49,821 nucleotides of DNA, taken from the sequence record SRR31156797_144, one strand, 5' to 3'. Of the stretch, positions 39,400 through 49,481 are shown one piece after another. Positions within the stretch are counted from its first letter, which is position 1, and every line of letters starts with the position of its first letter. A model generated the notes under the pieces. It was not told the DNA's origin. It did not search any database and saw nothing but the letters and a program-made list of their open reading frames with translations. A program made the position numbers and the translations under genes.

Positions 39400-39954
39400 T
39401 TAAAGAAAATAAAGCATTGTAAATAAATCTTTTAAATTCTCTTTTAAAAATTTACTGGCTCTTTGTTTTTGAGTTTTCACTGTATTAATCGAAATACTTA
39501 GATCCTCTGCTATTTCAGCATTTTTCAACCCTTTTAAACTTAGTAAATAAATTAGACGTGCTGACTCTGGAAGTTTTTGAAGTGTCTCTGAAATTATTCT
39601 ATTAACCTCTTCTTCAATTACATTGTTTAGAAAATAATCATGACTCAAAATATCTTTATCCGCTTGACTTTCATATTTTCGAGTAACTTTCTGATGATCT
39701 AGATAATTAATACAAGCATTTCTAACTGATTTGTATAGAAAAGCTTTTAGAGCAGCTTCGTGATAAAAAGAATTTCTTTTTTCCCACACTTTTATAAAAC
39801 TCTCCTGTACTAAATCTTCCACCGCATCCTGATTTGGAATAAACTTTAATCCGAACAGATACAAAGCATCATAATATTTATCATATAAATTCCTAAAGGC
39901 AGATTGATTTCCACTTCGGAATTTATTGATAGCTATGTCTGCAATTGTGGTCAT
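39400..39954 (-). CDS. ECF-type RNA polymerase sigma-70 factor
   Basis: AFRNLYDKYY, EDLVQESFIKVWEKR, FLYKSVRNACINYL, LP...R.IY.L, EIAEDLSISINTVKTQKQRA. Confidence 0.95.
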   Translation of the reverse strand: MTTIADIAINKFRSGNQSAFRNLYDKYYDALYLFGLKFIPNQDAVEDLVQESFIKVWEKRNSFYHEAALKAFLYKSVRNACINYLDHQKVTRKYESQADKDILSHDYFLNNVIEEEVNRIISETLQKLPESARLIYLLSLKGLKNAEIAEDLSISINTVKTQKQRASKFLKENLKDLFTMLYFL

Positions 39955-40100
39955 TGGGTTAATAGATTAATGGTCAGACAATATTATAAAATAATTTTTG
40001 AAATGCAATTAAAGACGACTTGTTAATATTAATATAGTTTAAACAACACATATCACTAACAACCTCATAAGCAAGATTATCTAATTAATATTAGATCATA

Positions 40101-40126
40101 AAAAAAGGGTGCCATATAGGCACCCT
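40101..40126 (-). terminator. Intrinsic terminator after pepC
   Basis: AGGGTGCC-ATATA-GGCACCCT stem with a T-run on the minus strand. Confidence 0.85.
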
Positions 40127-40146
40127 AAAATTTGTTAAGTCAGTAA

Positions 40147-41328
40147 TTACAGACCTAGCTTCTTTTTAATGTTTTTAGGTATAGCATCTTTGTGAACCAT
40201 AATGGCAACAGTTTTCAGTTTCACATATGCTTCACTCATGTTTAAGTAACCACCAAATTTATTGCTATCGTCAGCCCAAGAATTTTTTGTTTTATAGTAT
40301 ACAACTCCGTTCTGATCCTTTACAATACCTGTTAAATGCATTAAATGATCATCTGTAGTTTGAAAATTATCAAAAGTTTTTTGACGAAGATCCTGATCAA
40401 CCGTAGGTTCAAATTGTTTAGCCGGAGTTTTCTCAGTTTTATTTTCAACACCATCTTCCCACTTTGCAATTTCAGAATTACTCATATCCATTTCCTTCAT
40501 AGCAGGTAATACTGCAAATCCCTTACGGTGAGAAAATCCTTTTTCACTGACATCTCCATCCCAACATACCGAAAATCCGTTATTCAGAGCATTATTCATC
40601 ACTTCCATTAATTCATCAATAGGCAAGTTGTAATACAAGTCGTCTGACCAATTATCAGGAATTTCCAAGTTCATTTTTCCATAATATGGATGGTGATTAT
40701 ATGATGTAAATTCTACATAATCATCAGGATTAAATCCCATTTCTTCAGAAAATGATTGAGGAGTATATTCCTTCCCATCATAAATGAATTTTTCAGTAAG
40801 CTTTCCCATATAGGTATCCAAAACACCACCAACAGATTCAAACCAAACTGGAGTAATTTTTTTATTCGGATTCTTAACAATTTCATCCATCATAGCTTTG
40901 GTAGATTTTACCATTTCTCTATGAATATGAAAATCACTTCCATATTTATTTCCTTGATAAATACTCTCTGGTACAAATCCATGTGTCTTTACAACATTTA
41001 AAACATCATGAGCTTGTCCGCCCTCACTATAATTCCCCTTACCATGTAATCTAAAGTAACGTTTTGCTTTTTGCGAATAAGCTTCACGTACAATATACAT
41101 CTCAGACAAATCAAATTCTGGAGCACCCATTCGTAATAGTTCCGTTTCAATGTAAGACATTGTTGCAAAAGCCCAACAAGTTCCTGTACTTTGCTGATTT
41201 TTAACCGATGTTGTTTTAACCTCAGTAACTGTTGTGAATTTTTTCTCCTCAACAGATTTCTCTTGTGCTTGAGAATATGAAAATCCCAATAAGGATAGAC
41301 ATATACTTGTGATAATAATTTTTTTCAT
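40147..41328 (-). CDS. pepC: Secreted C1-family cysteine aminopeptidase (aminopeptidase C/bleomycin hydrolase-like)
   Basis: Signal peptide; NQQSTGTCW (Gln/Cys), DDHLMH (His), KNSW (Asn). Confidence 0.9.
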   Translation of the reverse strand: MKKIIITSICLSLLGFSYSQAQEKSVEEKKFTTVTEVKTTSVKNQQSTGTCWAFATMSYIETELLRMGAPEFDLSEMYIVREAYSQKAKRYFRLHGKGNYSEGGQAHDVLNVVKTHGFVPESIYQGNKYGSDFHIHREMVKSTKAMMDEIVKNPNKKITPVWFESVGGVLDTYMGKLTEKFIYDGKEYTPQSFSEEMGFNPDDYVEFTSYNHHPYYGKMNLEIPDNWSDDLYYNLPIDELMEVMNNALNNGFSVCWDGDVSEKGFSHRKGFAVLPAMKEMDMSNSEIAKWEDGVENKTEKTPAKQFEPTVDQDLRQKTFDNFQTTDDHLMHLTGIVKDQNGVVYYKTKNSWADDSNKFGGYLNMSEAYVKLKTVAIMVHKDAIPKNIKKKLGL

Positions 41329-41351
41329 GAATTTTTAATAAAGGTTGTTGT

Positions 41352-41705
41352 TTAATTATCTTGAAGTTCCTTTTGTTTCTTTTTTGGCATCTTCTGAACC
41401 ACTAAATCATATGATTTATCAATCCATTCAATTAAAAGTGTATCCGAAATACTACCATCTACAATTACCGTGTTCCAATATTTCTTATTCATATGATATC
41501 CGGGTAATACCGACGGGTACCTCTCTCTTAATTCCATTATAGTTTCAGGATCTGATTTTACATTTATCCGAAATTCTCCTGTAATATTGACCAATAAAAA
41601 CATCTTATCCAATACTTTAAAAACAAGTGTTTCTTCATCAAAGGGAAATCCTTCTGTAACTGCTTTCTTAGATAGACAATATAATCTCAACTCTTCAATG
41701 TTCAT
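41352..41705 (-). CDS. MmcQ/YjbR family DNA-binding protein
   Basis: YCLSK..VTEGFPF, VFKV..KMF, LRERY..V.PGYHMNKKYWNTV, IDKSYDLV. ATG at 41705; -7 element TATATTTG at 41746-41753 (-). Confidence 0.92.
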   Translation of the reverse strand: MNIEELRLYCLSKKAVTEGFPFDEETLVFKVLDKMFLLVNITGEFRINVKSDPETIMELRERYPSVLPGYHMNKKYWNTVIVDGSISDTLLIEWIDKSYDLVVQKMPKKKQKELQDN

Positions 41706-42197
41706 AACCTCAACACTTTTAGATTTAGCTTTCAATCAAGACGAACAAATATAATTAGTTTTACTGATTTCCTTAAACTATTAGTTCACTACTGATTGAT
41801 TTTCTCCACTAGCTCCTCTACTAATACGAATTCATATTGTATTAAAGGACTATTTTTAGTTATGAAATCATTAAAAATGAACCTAAAAATGCTTGTTTTT
41901 ATGAGTAGCAATCCAAATTTTGATAAAATGACCCCATATGAACACCAAAAAAAGTTATTGTCCTATCAACATAAAAATGAGTTCACTTACCTATGCCTAA
42001 ATAGACTCTTATGTTGATATTTTCCATTCATCACTAAACACGCTCAAACTGAGCTGCAATCAACAAAAGCATGCTTATTTATACTGAAATAGAAGCAGTT
42101 TTACCATTGAACTAAAAAAATGATTTTTTTTTACTAACCTCAATTTCGTATATTTAATGAGCGGAAATTGCTTTATTTATAAACGTAGATTTCAATC

Positions 42198-42599
42198 ATG
42201 AATCAAATAAGCTATAGTCAAAAATACAATTGGAAGGACAAAAGAATTCTAATTGTTGAAGACGAAGAAATAAACAATATGTTTTTCGACGCTGCTTTAA
42301 GCAGAACCGAATCGGAGTTGTTGTGGGCAAAAAATGGAAAGGAAGCTGTAGATATCATAGAAGTATCAGATGATGTTGATGTAATACTTATGGATATTCG
42401 TTTGCCAATTATGGATGGCTGTGAAGCTACTCGTAGAATTAAAAAGAATCACAAGGAGATTCCTATAATTGCACAAACTGCATATGCTCTTGAAGGAGAT
42501 CGTGAACGAATTTTAGATGCTGGTTGCGATGATTATCTGGCTAAACCTATTCGTTTCGAAGAATTACTTTCCACCATCGACAAATATCTTGCCGATTAA
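42198..42599 (+). CDS. Single-domain response regulator (receiver only)
   Basis: ILIVEDE, ILMDIRLP.MDG, IIAQTAYA, AGCDDYLAKP. Confidence 0.93.
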   Translation: MNQISYSQKYNWKDKRILIVEDEEINNMFFDAALSRTESELLWAKNGKEAVDIIEVSDDVDVILMDIRLPIMDGCEATRRIKKNHKEIPIIAQTAYALEGDRERILDAGCDDYLAKPIRFEELLSTIDKYLAD

Positions 42600-42961
42600 T
42601 CCACTGGTGCTATAAAAGCATCCTCGATGTGTTCAATCTTGAATTTATTTCCTTGCTTAATCACACTAATCACATCGAATCTTACTTCTTGTTTAATTTC
42701 TCTTAAATCTACGTAATCTTGAGTTGCTCTAACCAGAAACTTAATTTTAGCTAATGTTATGGCATCAGTTGGGTGTTCAAAATAATCCGTCGATCTTGAT
42801 TTCACTTCAACAACAACCAGGTAATCATCTTTTATCGCTACAATATCAAGCTCTTTTTTCTGATAAATCCAGTTCCTATCTAATATTTGATAACCTTTCT
42901 TTAAAAGAAATTTTGCAGCAATATCTTCTCCTTCTTTTCCAAGTTCGTTATGATTAGCCAT
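42596..42961 (-). CDS. yraN: YraN family (UPF0102) putative endonuclease
   Basis: LGKEGEDIA, GYQILDRNW, ELDIVA, VEVKSR, RFDVI. Confidence 0.93.
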   Translation of the reverse strand: MANHNELGKEGEDIAAKFLLKKGYQILDRNWIYQKKELDIVAIKDDYLVVVEVKSRSTDYFEHPTDAITLAKIKFLVRATQDYVDLREIKQEVRFDVISVIKQGNKFKIEHIEDAFIAPVD

Positions 42962-42972
42962 AGTTATTTCAT

Positions 42973-43881
42973 TTATCGTTTATCCCAAACCAAATTCACT
43001 TGATCTCTTCCAACTTTCATTCTTAAATATCTTCCCATTGGTAATGCCCAATTCTCATCTATATGACCAGCTGGAAAATCATAGACAACCGGATAGGAAT
43101 AATTTTCCACAGCTTCCTCTATTATTTCATATGCCGATTTGCCAAAATTTGGATCTCCTGCCTTCATATCACTCATACCTCCAACAATTAATCCTTGTAT
43201 TCCTGATAACTTACCACCCATTTTCAAATTCAACATCATTCTATCCAAATGATACAATTGTTCCCCCACATCTTCAATAAACAAAATTTTTCCATGGGTT
43301 TCAAAATCCATAATTGTTCCTCTAAGACTATATAAAATAGATAAATTACCACCTATTAATTCACCTTCAGCATCTCCAATTCTATTGTATTCATGAGATT
43401 TAATTTCATAATCCTCGATCTTGCCCATCAAAGTATTAATCATGCTATTAACCGAATTATTCTCTCCATCATCTGGAAAGTTAATTGGCATTGTCGAATG
43501 AAGACTTTCTACTTCAAGAATATTATTTAAATAAGTATGAAAAATTGTGATATCACTATAACCAACAATCCACTTTGGCTTGCGAATAAACAAATCAAAA
43601 TCGATATGTTCTAAAATCCTAACACTTCCATAACCTCCTCTTGCACATAAAATTGCTTTAATTTCAGGATCATTCAGCATCGATTGAAAATCATAAAGCC
43701 TATCAATATCTTTTCCTGCAAACTGATGATATTCATCAAAAACATGTTTACCCAACACAACTTTTAATCCTGCTGATTCTAATTTATTTACAGCAATCCC
43801 CACTTTATCGGGCTCAATTTTACCCGCAGGTGATACAATTCCAATTTTATCTCCTTTTTTAAGGGCAGCTGGCTGATACAT
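42973..43881 (-). CDS. ldcA: LD-carboxypeptidase (peptidase S66)
   Basis: ARGGYGS, VGYSDIT (Ser), GGNLS, LFIED (Glu), FPAGH (His). Confidence 0.92.
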   Translation of the reverse strand: MYQPAALKKGDKIGIVSPAGKIEPDKVGIAVNKLESAGLKVVLGKHVFDEYHQFAGKDIDRLYDFQSMLNDPEIKAILCARGGYGSVRILEHIDFDLFIRKPKWIVGYSDITIFHTYLNNILEVESLHSTMPINFPDDGENNSVNSMINTLMGKIEDYEIKSHEYNRIGDAEGELIGGNLSILYSLRGTIMDFETHGKILFIEDVGEQLYHLDRMMLNLKMGGKLSGIQGLIVGGMSDMKAGDPNFGKSAYEIIEEAVENYSYPVVYDFPAGHIDENWALPMGRYLRMKVGRDQVNLVWDKR

Positions 43882-43962
43882 ATCTATTTAGTTTTTTAAA
43901 GAAGTAAGCTTAAATTAAGAATAAAATACAAAGGGATAACAAATTTTTTGGCAATTCTATCT

Positions 43963-43970
43963 TATCTTTG
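43963..43970 (+). promoter_or_regulatory. -7 element TATCTTTG for metG
   Basis: Exact TAnnTTTG match about 110 nt upstream of the ATG. Confidence 0.65.
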
Positions 43971-44083
43971 CGATCAATTCGGCTAAAACTTGATTTTATC
44001 CGAAAAGAATAACCAAAATTAACTTAGGAAGATTTGATCTCAAAGTAGAAAAGCATTTTCCTTTTGAAAAAATAGAATCTCAA

Positions 44084-46114
44084 ATGAAAAAATTCAATAG
44101 AACGCTTGTAACTACAGCTTTGCCGTATGCTAACGGTCCTGTTCATGTCGGTCACTTAGCCGGTGTTTATGTTCCAGCAGATATCTACACCAGATACCTG
44201 AGAATGAAAGGTGAAGATGTTCTTTTAATTGGTGGATCAGACGAGCACGGTGTACCAATTACCATTAAAGCGAAAAAGGAAGGAATAACTCCACAAGACG
44301 TTGTTGATAAATATCACAATATCATTAAAGATTCGTTTGAGAAATTTGGTATTTCTTTTGACGTTTACTCACGAACAAGTTCAAAAACTCATGCAGAAAC
44401 TGCCTCTGAATTTTTCAAAACATTGCATGAAAAAGGTGAATTTATTGAAAAAACAAGTGAGCAATATTACGATGCTGATGCAAATCAATTTTTAGCAGAT
44501 AGATATATTACCGGAACCTGTCCTCATTGTAATAATGAAGGTGCTTATGGAGATCAGTGTGAAAGTTGTGGTACTTCTTTAAATGCAACTGATTTGATTA
44601 ATCCTACATCTTCGATCACAGGAAACAAGCCAGAATTAAAGGAAACCAAACATTGGTATTTACCTCTTGATAAGTATGAACCATACCTAAAGCAATGGAT
44701 TCTTGAAGAGCACAAAGAATGGAAGCCAAATGTTTACGGTCAATGTAAATCGTGGTTAGACAGTGGATTACATCCACGTGCGGTAACTCGCGATTTGGAT
44801 TGGGGAGTTCCTGTTCCTGTAGAAGGCGGAGATGGTAAAGTTCTTTACGTTTGGTTCGATGCACCTATTGGATACATTTCAGCAACCAAAGAGCACACTC
44901 CTGATTGGGAAAAATATTGGAAAGCTGATGACTCTAAAATGGTTCATTTTATTGGAAAAGATAATATCGTATTCCACTGTATCATTTTCCCATCGATGCT
45001 TAAAGCAGAAGGATCTTATATTTTACCAGAAAATGTTCCTTCAAATGAGTTTCTAAATCTTGAAGGAGATAAGATTTCTACATCAAGAAATTGGGCAGTT
45101 TGGTTGCATGAGTATTTGGAAGAATTTCCAGAGAAACAAGATGTATTAAGATATGTTCTTACCGCAAATGCTCCTGAAACAAAAGATAATGATTTCACCT
45201 GGAAAGATTTCCAAGCTAGAAATAACAATGAGCTGGTAGCTATTTTAGGAAACTTTGTGAATCGTGCATTGGTTCTTACGCACAAATACTATAAAGGAAT
45301 TATTCCTGCAGCAGGTGAACTAACTGATTTCGATAAAGAAACTCTTGCTGAAATTCCTGTTCTTAAAGAAAAGGTTGAAAAGAATCTTGAAACCTATCAT
45401 TTCCGCGAAGCTTTAAAAGAAGCAATGAATTTAGCTCGCCTAGGAAACAAATATTTAGCAGATACCGAGCCTTGGAAAGTTGTTAAAACAGATGAAGAAA
45501 GAGTTAAAACAATTATGAATATCTGTTTACAGATTTCTGCCAATTTATCAACTCTTCTTGAACCATTCTTGCCATTTTCAGCTGTCAAACTTCGCGAATT
45601 TTTAAACATTGAGCGTATAGAGTGGGAAAATATAGGAGAAAATGTAATTGAAGCTGGGCATCAAATCAATAAAGCTTCTTTGCTTTTCGAAAAAATTGAA
45701 GATGTAACAATTCAGGCACAAGTAGACAAGTTGTTAGCAACTAAAGCGGCAAATGAAGCAGCAAACAAAGTGGTAACTCCAGCCAAAGAAAATATCAATT
45801 TTGATGATTTCATGAAAATGGATGTTCGTGTTGGTACAATTACAGAAGCTGAAAAAGTAGCTAAAACAAAGAAACTTTTAAAGTTAACGGTTGATACTGG
45901 TATCGATCAGAGAACAATTGTTTCCGGTATTGCTGAGCACTATAAACCAGAAGAAATTATCGGAAAACAAGTAAGTGTTTTGGTTAATCTTGAACCTAAA
46001 AAACTTAAAGGAATCGAATCTCAGGGAATGATTTTAATGGCTGAAGATGCAGATGGAAAACTTTCATTTGTTTCTCCTGATCAAGCTGTGAAACCAGGAT
46101 CTGAAATCAGATAA
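44084..46114 (+). CDS. metG: Methionine--tRNA ligase with C-terminal tRNA-binding domain
   Basis: ALPYANG..HVGH, GSDEHG, CPHC/CESC knuckle, YVWFDA, FIGKDN, KISTS, C-terminal Trbp111-like domain. Confidence 0.99.
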   Translation: MKKFNRTLVTTALPYANGPVHVGHLAGVYVPADIYTRYLRMKGEDVLLIGGSDEHGVPITIKAKKEGITPQDVVDKYHNIIKDSFEKFGISFDVYSRTSSKTHAETASEFFKTLHEKGEFIEKTSEQYYDADANQFLADRYITGTCPHCNNEGAYGDQCESCGTSLNATDLINPTSSITGNKPELKETKHWYLPLDKYEPYLKQWILEEHKEWKPNVYGQCKSWLDSGLHPRAVTRDLDWGVPVPVEGGDGKVLYVWFDAPIGYISATKEHTPDWEKYWKADDSKMVHFIGKDNIVFHCIIFPSMLKAEGSYILPENVPSNEFLNLEGDKISTSRNWAVWLHEYLEEFPEKQDVLRYVLTANAPETKDNDFTWKDFQARNNNELVAILGNFVNRALVLTHKYYKGIIPAAGELTDFDKETLAEIPVLKEKVEKNLETYHFREALKEAMNLARLGNKYLADTEPWKVVKTDEERVKTIMNICLQISANLSTLLEPFLPFSAVKLREFLNIERIEWENIGENVIEAGHQINKASLLFEKIEDVTIQAQVDKLLATKAANEAANKVVTPAKENINFDDFMKMDVRVGTITEAEKVAKTKKLLKLTVDTGIDQRTIVSGIAEHYKPEEIIGKQVSVLVNLEPKKLKGIESQGMILMAEDADGKLSFVSPDQAVKPGSEIR

Positions 46115-46131
46115 AAAGAAAAGCGCAAAAG

Positions 46132-46162
46132 AAAAGCACTATCAATTGATAGTGCTTTTTTT
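46132..46162. terminator. Bidirectional terminator between metG and the convergent SPOR gene
   Basis: Perfect palindrome AAAAGCACTATCAATTGATAGTGCTTTT flanked by A/T runs. Confidence 0.85.
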
Positions 46163-46179
46163 ATATATTTTCTGAATTA

Positions 46180-47133
46180 CTATTTTTTTAAAACCCAATA
46201 AGAAGCCTTTGGATTTGCAACAATAACCTTCTGCTTAAATTTATCAACAGCAGTTCTGCTATTAAATTGATTTATTGCTACCGAATACAAATTTTTATTC
46301 TTGATAATAACTGCCGGATATGATTTCGAAATCAATTCCTCTTGTAAGATTTTAGCATTTTCTGTTGTTGTAAAACTTCCTGCAATCAAATAAAATTTAT
46401 TACTCTCAACTTTATTCAATGTTACTTTTACAGCTTTCTTTTCAATTTTTGGCTCATATTTTACCAACTCTTCAAGTGGTGATATTTGAGGCTTTAATTG
46501 GGCATGCTTTTCTGTAATATCAGTTTTCTCATTTGAAAATCCCATTGATGCCGAATTCAAAAATGAATTGTTCTCAGTACTCATTGGAACAATAGCAACA
46601 GCTAATAAGCAAGCTGCGGCAGCCGCTGTATACCACATTCTTTTTGTGGTGAATAAAGTTTTTACTTTTTCTGATTTAACACTGATATTTTGAATTCTCT
46701 CTTCAACAGGCTTATTAATCTGAGTAAAAGGAATTTGTTCCAATCCAAAAGCATCAACCAAATAATTGATATTATCCGTTGGTTCGAATTGTAAATTATG
46801 CCTTTTATCGTTGTAAAATAAACCAATATTATTTAATTCAACTTTTTCTCCGCGTTGAATTCTAACACGTATATCTTCGATGAAAAACTGAACAGATTTT
46901 TCAGCTTCAGCATAGTTCAAATTTTCACATTCAGCCAAATGATTTACCAATAAACCATCATTCTGATTCAAATTGCGATTGAACCCAATATCTTTTGAAG
47001 GAGGAGTAACAATCTGCTTGTTTTCCTCAAACTTAGCTGATTTGTAATTAGCTACAAATCCACCAAATCCAGGTAAAATTACGCAGTCGTGTACAAATAA
47101 TAAATCCTCGATATATTTTGATACTTCAAGCAT
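46180..47133 (-). CDS. HU-CCDC81-like N-terminal domains + transmembrane helix + C-terminal SPOR domain protein
   Basis: HDCVILPGFGGFV, FN..L..NDGLL, YLVDAFGL; TM WYTAAAAACLLAVAIV; FYLIAGSF...ENA (SPOR). ATG at 47133 preferred. Confidence 0.85.
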   Translation of the reverse strand: MLEVSKYIEDLLFVHDCVILPGFGGFVANYKSAKFEENKQIVTPPSKDIGFNRNLNQNDGLLVNHLAECENLNYAEAEKSVQFFIEDIRVRIQRGEKVELNNIGLFYNDKRHNLQFEPTDNINYLVDAFGLEQIPFTQINKPVEERIQNISVKSEKVKTLFTTKRMWYTAAAAACLLAVAIVPMSTENNSFLNSASMGFSNEKTDITEKHAQLKPQISPLEELVKYEPKIEKKAVKVTLNKVESNKFYLIAGSFTTTENAKILQEELISKSYPAVIIKNKNLYSVAINQFNSRTAVDKFKQKVIVANPKASYWVLKK

Positions 47134-47307
47134 AGTATACAAATATAATTAAAAATAAATGTCACTCAAATGGATATTTTGCGTATACATAGCAATCTTT
47201 TAATAATCAGCGAATTCCGCTTTCAAAATTAATTTAACTAAATTATATAAGTAAATCTATAAAAATCGACTTAATTTTACTTATCAATTCGATACATTAA
47301 AACTATT

Positions 47308-48342
47308 ATGAAAAAACAAATTCTTGTTGCCGGAGGTACTGGATATATAGGTTCTCACACGGCTGTTGAACTACAAAACAATGGTTTCGAAGTAATTATT
47401 GCTGATAATTTATCAAATTCTAAAATTGAAGTATTAGATGGAATTGAATCAATTACAGGAATCAGACCTATTTTTGAAAAGGTAGACCTTAGTGTAATTG
47501 AAGAAACCGAAGCATTTTTTAAAAAGTATCCGAATTTAGAAGCAATAATACATTTTGCCGCAAATAAAGCTGTTGGAGAATCGGTTGCAAAACCTCTAAT
47601 GTATTATCGTAACAACTTAAATTCCTTGATGAATATGTTGGAAGCGATGAAGGAACATAACATTCCAAATCTTGTATTTTCCTCTTCATGTACAGTTTAT
47701 GGGCAACCAGATAAGCTGCCTGTTACAGAATCAACTCCACGAAAAGAAGCGGAATCACCATACGGTAATACAAAATCTATCAGTGAAGATATTATAAGAG
47801 ATACGGTAAAAGCTCATCCAAACTTAAATGGAATTGCTTTAAGATATTTCAATCCTATTGGCGCTCATCCATCAGCTAAAATTGGGGAATTGCCTCTTGG
47901 TGTACCAAATAATTTGATCCCATTCATCACTCAAACGGTTGCAGGTATTCGTCAAGAATTAAGTGTTTTTGGTAATGATTACAATACGCCCGATGGTTCT
48001 TGCATTAGAGATTACATTAATGTGGTAGATTTAGCTAAAGCTCATGTTGTAGCAATAGAGAGGTTACTTACCAACAAACAAAACTCAAATTACGAATATT
48101 TTAATGTCGGAACTGGTGAAGGTGTTTCTGTTCTGGAAATTATAGAAGGATTTGAAAGATCAACAGGAGAGAAAGTTCCGCATAAAATTGTTGCTCGTCG
48201 CCCTGGTGATGTTGAGCAAATATACGCAGACACCTCTTTTGCCAATAAAAGCTTAGGATGGAAATCGGAAAGTACACTTGATGATACTTTATTGTCTGCT
48301 TGGAAATGGCAAAAAAATCTTAAGAAAGAAGAAGTAAAATAG
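47308..48342 (+). CDS. galE: UDP-glucose 4-epimerase
   Basis: GGTGYIGSH, HFAA.KAVGES, FSSSCTVYG, YGNTK, LRYFNP.GAH, RDYI.V.DLA. Confidence 0.97.
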   Translation: MKKQILVAGGTGYIGSHTAVELQNNGFEVIIADNLSNSKIEVLDGIESITGIRPIFEKVDLSVIEETEAFFKKYPNLEAIIHFAANKAVGESVAKPLMYYRNNLNSLMNMLEAMKEHNIPNLVFSSSCTVYGQPDKLPVTESTPRKEAESPYGNTKSISEDIIRDTVKAHPNLNGIALRYFNPIGAHPSAKIGELPLGVPNNLIPFITQTVAGIRQELSVFGNDYNTPDGSCIRDYINVVDLAKAHVVAIERLLTNKQNSNYEYFNVGTGEGVSVLEIIEGFERSTGEKVPHKIVARRPGDVEQIYADTSFANKSLGWKSESTLDDTLLSAWKWQKNLKKEEVK

Positions 48343-48373
48343 AACAATCACATACACTTAAACATTACGACCA

Positions 48374-49429
48374 ATGAAAAAGAAAATTCTAATTACGGGC
48401 GGAGCCGGATTTATTGGATCTCATGTAGTTCGCTTATTCGTTAACAAATATCCCGAATATCAAATCATCAACTTAGATGCTTTGACTTACGCTGGAAATT
48501 TAGAAAATTTAAAAGATATCGATTCTAAGCCCAATTACACTTTTGTGAAAGGTGATATTACCGATTTGGCTTTTGTAACTGAATTGTTTCAGGAGTTCAA
48601 ATTTGATGGAGTTTTGCATTTAGCTGCCGAATCGCATGTCGATCGTTCCATTTCCGATCCTCTTGCCTTTATTACCACTAACATTGTTGGTACAGTTAAT
48701 CTTTTAAATGCTGCCAAAGAATTATGGAAAGGTGAGATGACGGATAAGAAATTTTATCACATTTCAACAGATGAAGTGTACGGATCGCTGGGACCAACAG
48801 GAAAATTTACAGAGACAACACCATACGATCCAAGAAGTCCATATTCTGCATCAAAAGCTAGTTCAGATCATTTGGTTCGTGCATATTTCCATACTTATAA
48901 GTTGCCTGTTGTACTATCGAACTGTTCTAATAATTACGGAGCAAACCAGTTCCCTGAAAAATTAATCCCTTTGGTGATCAACAACATTAAAAACTCTAAA
49001 CCTCTACCAATATATGGGAAAGGTGATAATATTAGAGATTGGTTATTTGTTGAAGATCATGCTTTGGCTATTGATCAAATTTACCATGACGGTAGAATTG
49101 GTGAAACTTATAATATTGGTGGCGATAATGAGTGGACAAATATTGATTTGGTGAAAAAACTATGTGATATCATGGACAAAAAGCTGAATCAGGATATTGG
49201 GACTTCTCAAAAACTAATCACCTACGTAAAAGATCGTGCTGGTCACGATATGAGATATGCAATTGACGCTTCAAAAATTGAAAAAGAATTAGGATGGAAA
49301 CCGAGTATTCAATTCGAAGAAGGGTTTGAACAAACCATTGATTGGTATTTAGAAAATACAGATTGGCTTGAACGAATTCTATCTGGCGATTACGAGAAGT
49401 ATTACGAAAACCAATACGATAACAGATAA
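48374..49429 (+). CDS. rfbB: dTDP-glucose 4,6-dehydratase
   Basis: GGAGFIGS, DALTYAGN, HLAAESHVDRSI, HISTDEVYG, YSASK, NCSNNYG..QFPEKLIP. Confidence 0.98.
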   Translation: MKKKILITGGAGFIGSHVVRLFVNKYPEYQIINLDALTYAGNLENLKDIDSKPNYTFVKGDITDLAFVTELFQEFKFDGVLHLAAESHVDRSISDPLAFITTNIVGTVNLLNAAKELWKGEMTDKKFYHISTDEVYGSLGPTGKFTETTPYDPRSPYSASKASSDHLVRAYFHTYKLPVVLSNCSNNYGANQFPEKLIPLVINNIKNSKPLPIYGKGDNIRDWLFVEDHALAIDQIYHDGRIGETYNIGGDNEWTNIDLVKKLCDIMDKKLNQDIGTSQKLITYVKDRAGHDMRYAIDASKIEKELGWKPSIQFEEGFEQTIDWYLENTDWLERILSGDYEKYYENQYDNR

Positions 49430-49433
49430 AAAG

Positions 49434-49463
49434 AAAGAGCGATGAATCATCATCGCTCTTTTT
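49434..49463. terminator. Bidirectional terminator between rfbB and glmS
   Basis: AAAGAGCGATGA-ATCA-TCATCGCTCTTT stem with A/T flanks. Confidence 0.85.
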
Positions 49464-49481
49464 ATATACTGAAAATTCAGA

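Noticed and set aside
41796-42017. 73-aa intergenic ORF
   Set aside because: TTG start, no motifs, and composition consistent with random AT-rich sequence.
46110-46170. Similarity between the metG and rfbB terminator flanks (AGATAAAAAGAAA...TTTTTATATA), considered as a REP-like repeat family
   Set aside because: The stems differ in sequence and the shared parts are low-complexity A/T tracts.
1005-48965. The many 60-130 aa ORFs in the track that overlap long genes (e.g. 7045-7353, 9294-9686, 15531-15899, 24581-24940, 33658-33984)
   Set aside because: Antisense or off-frame shadows of well-supported genes, with no recognisable motifs.
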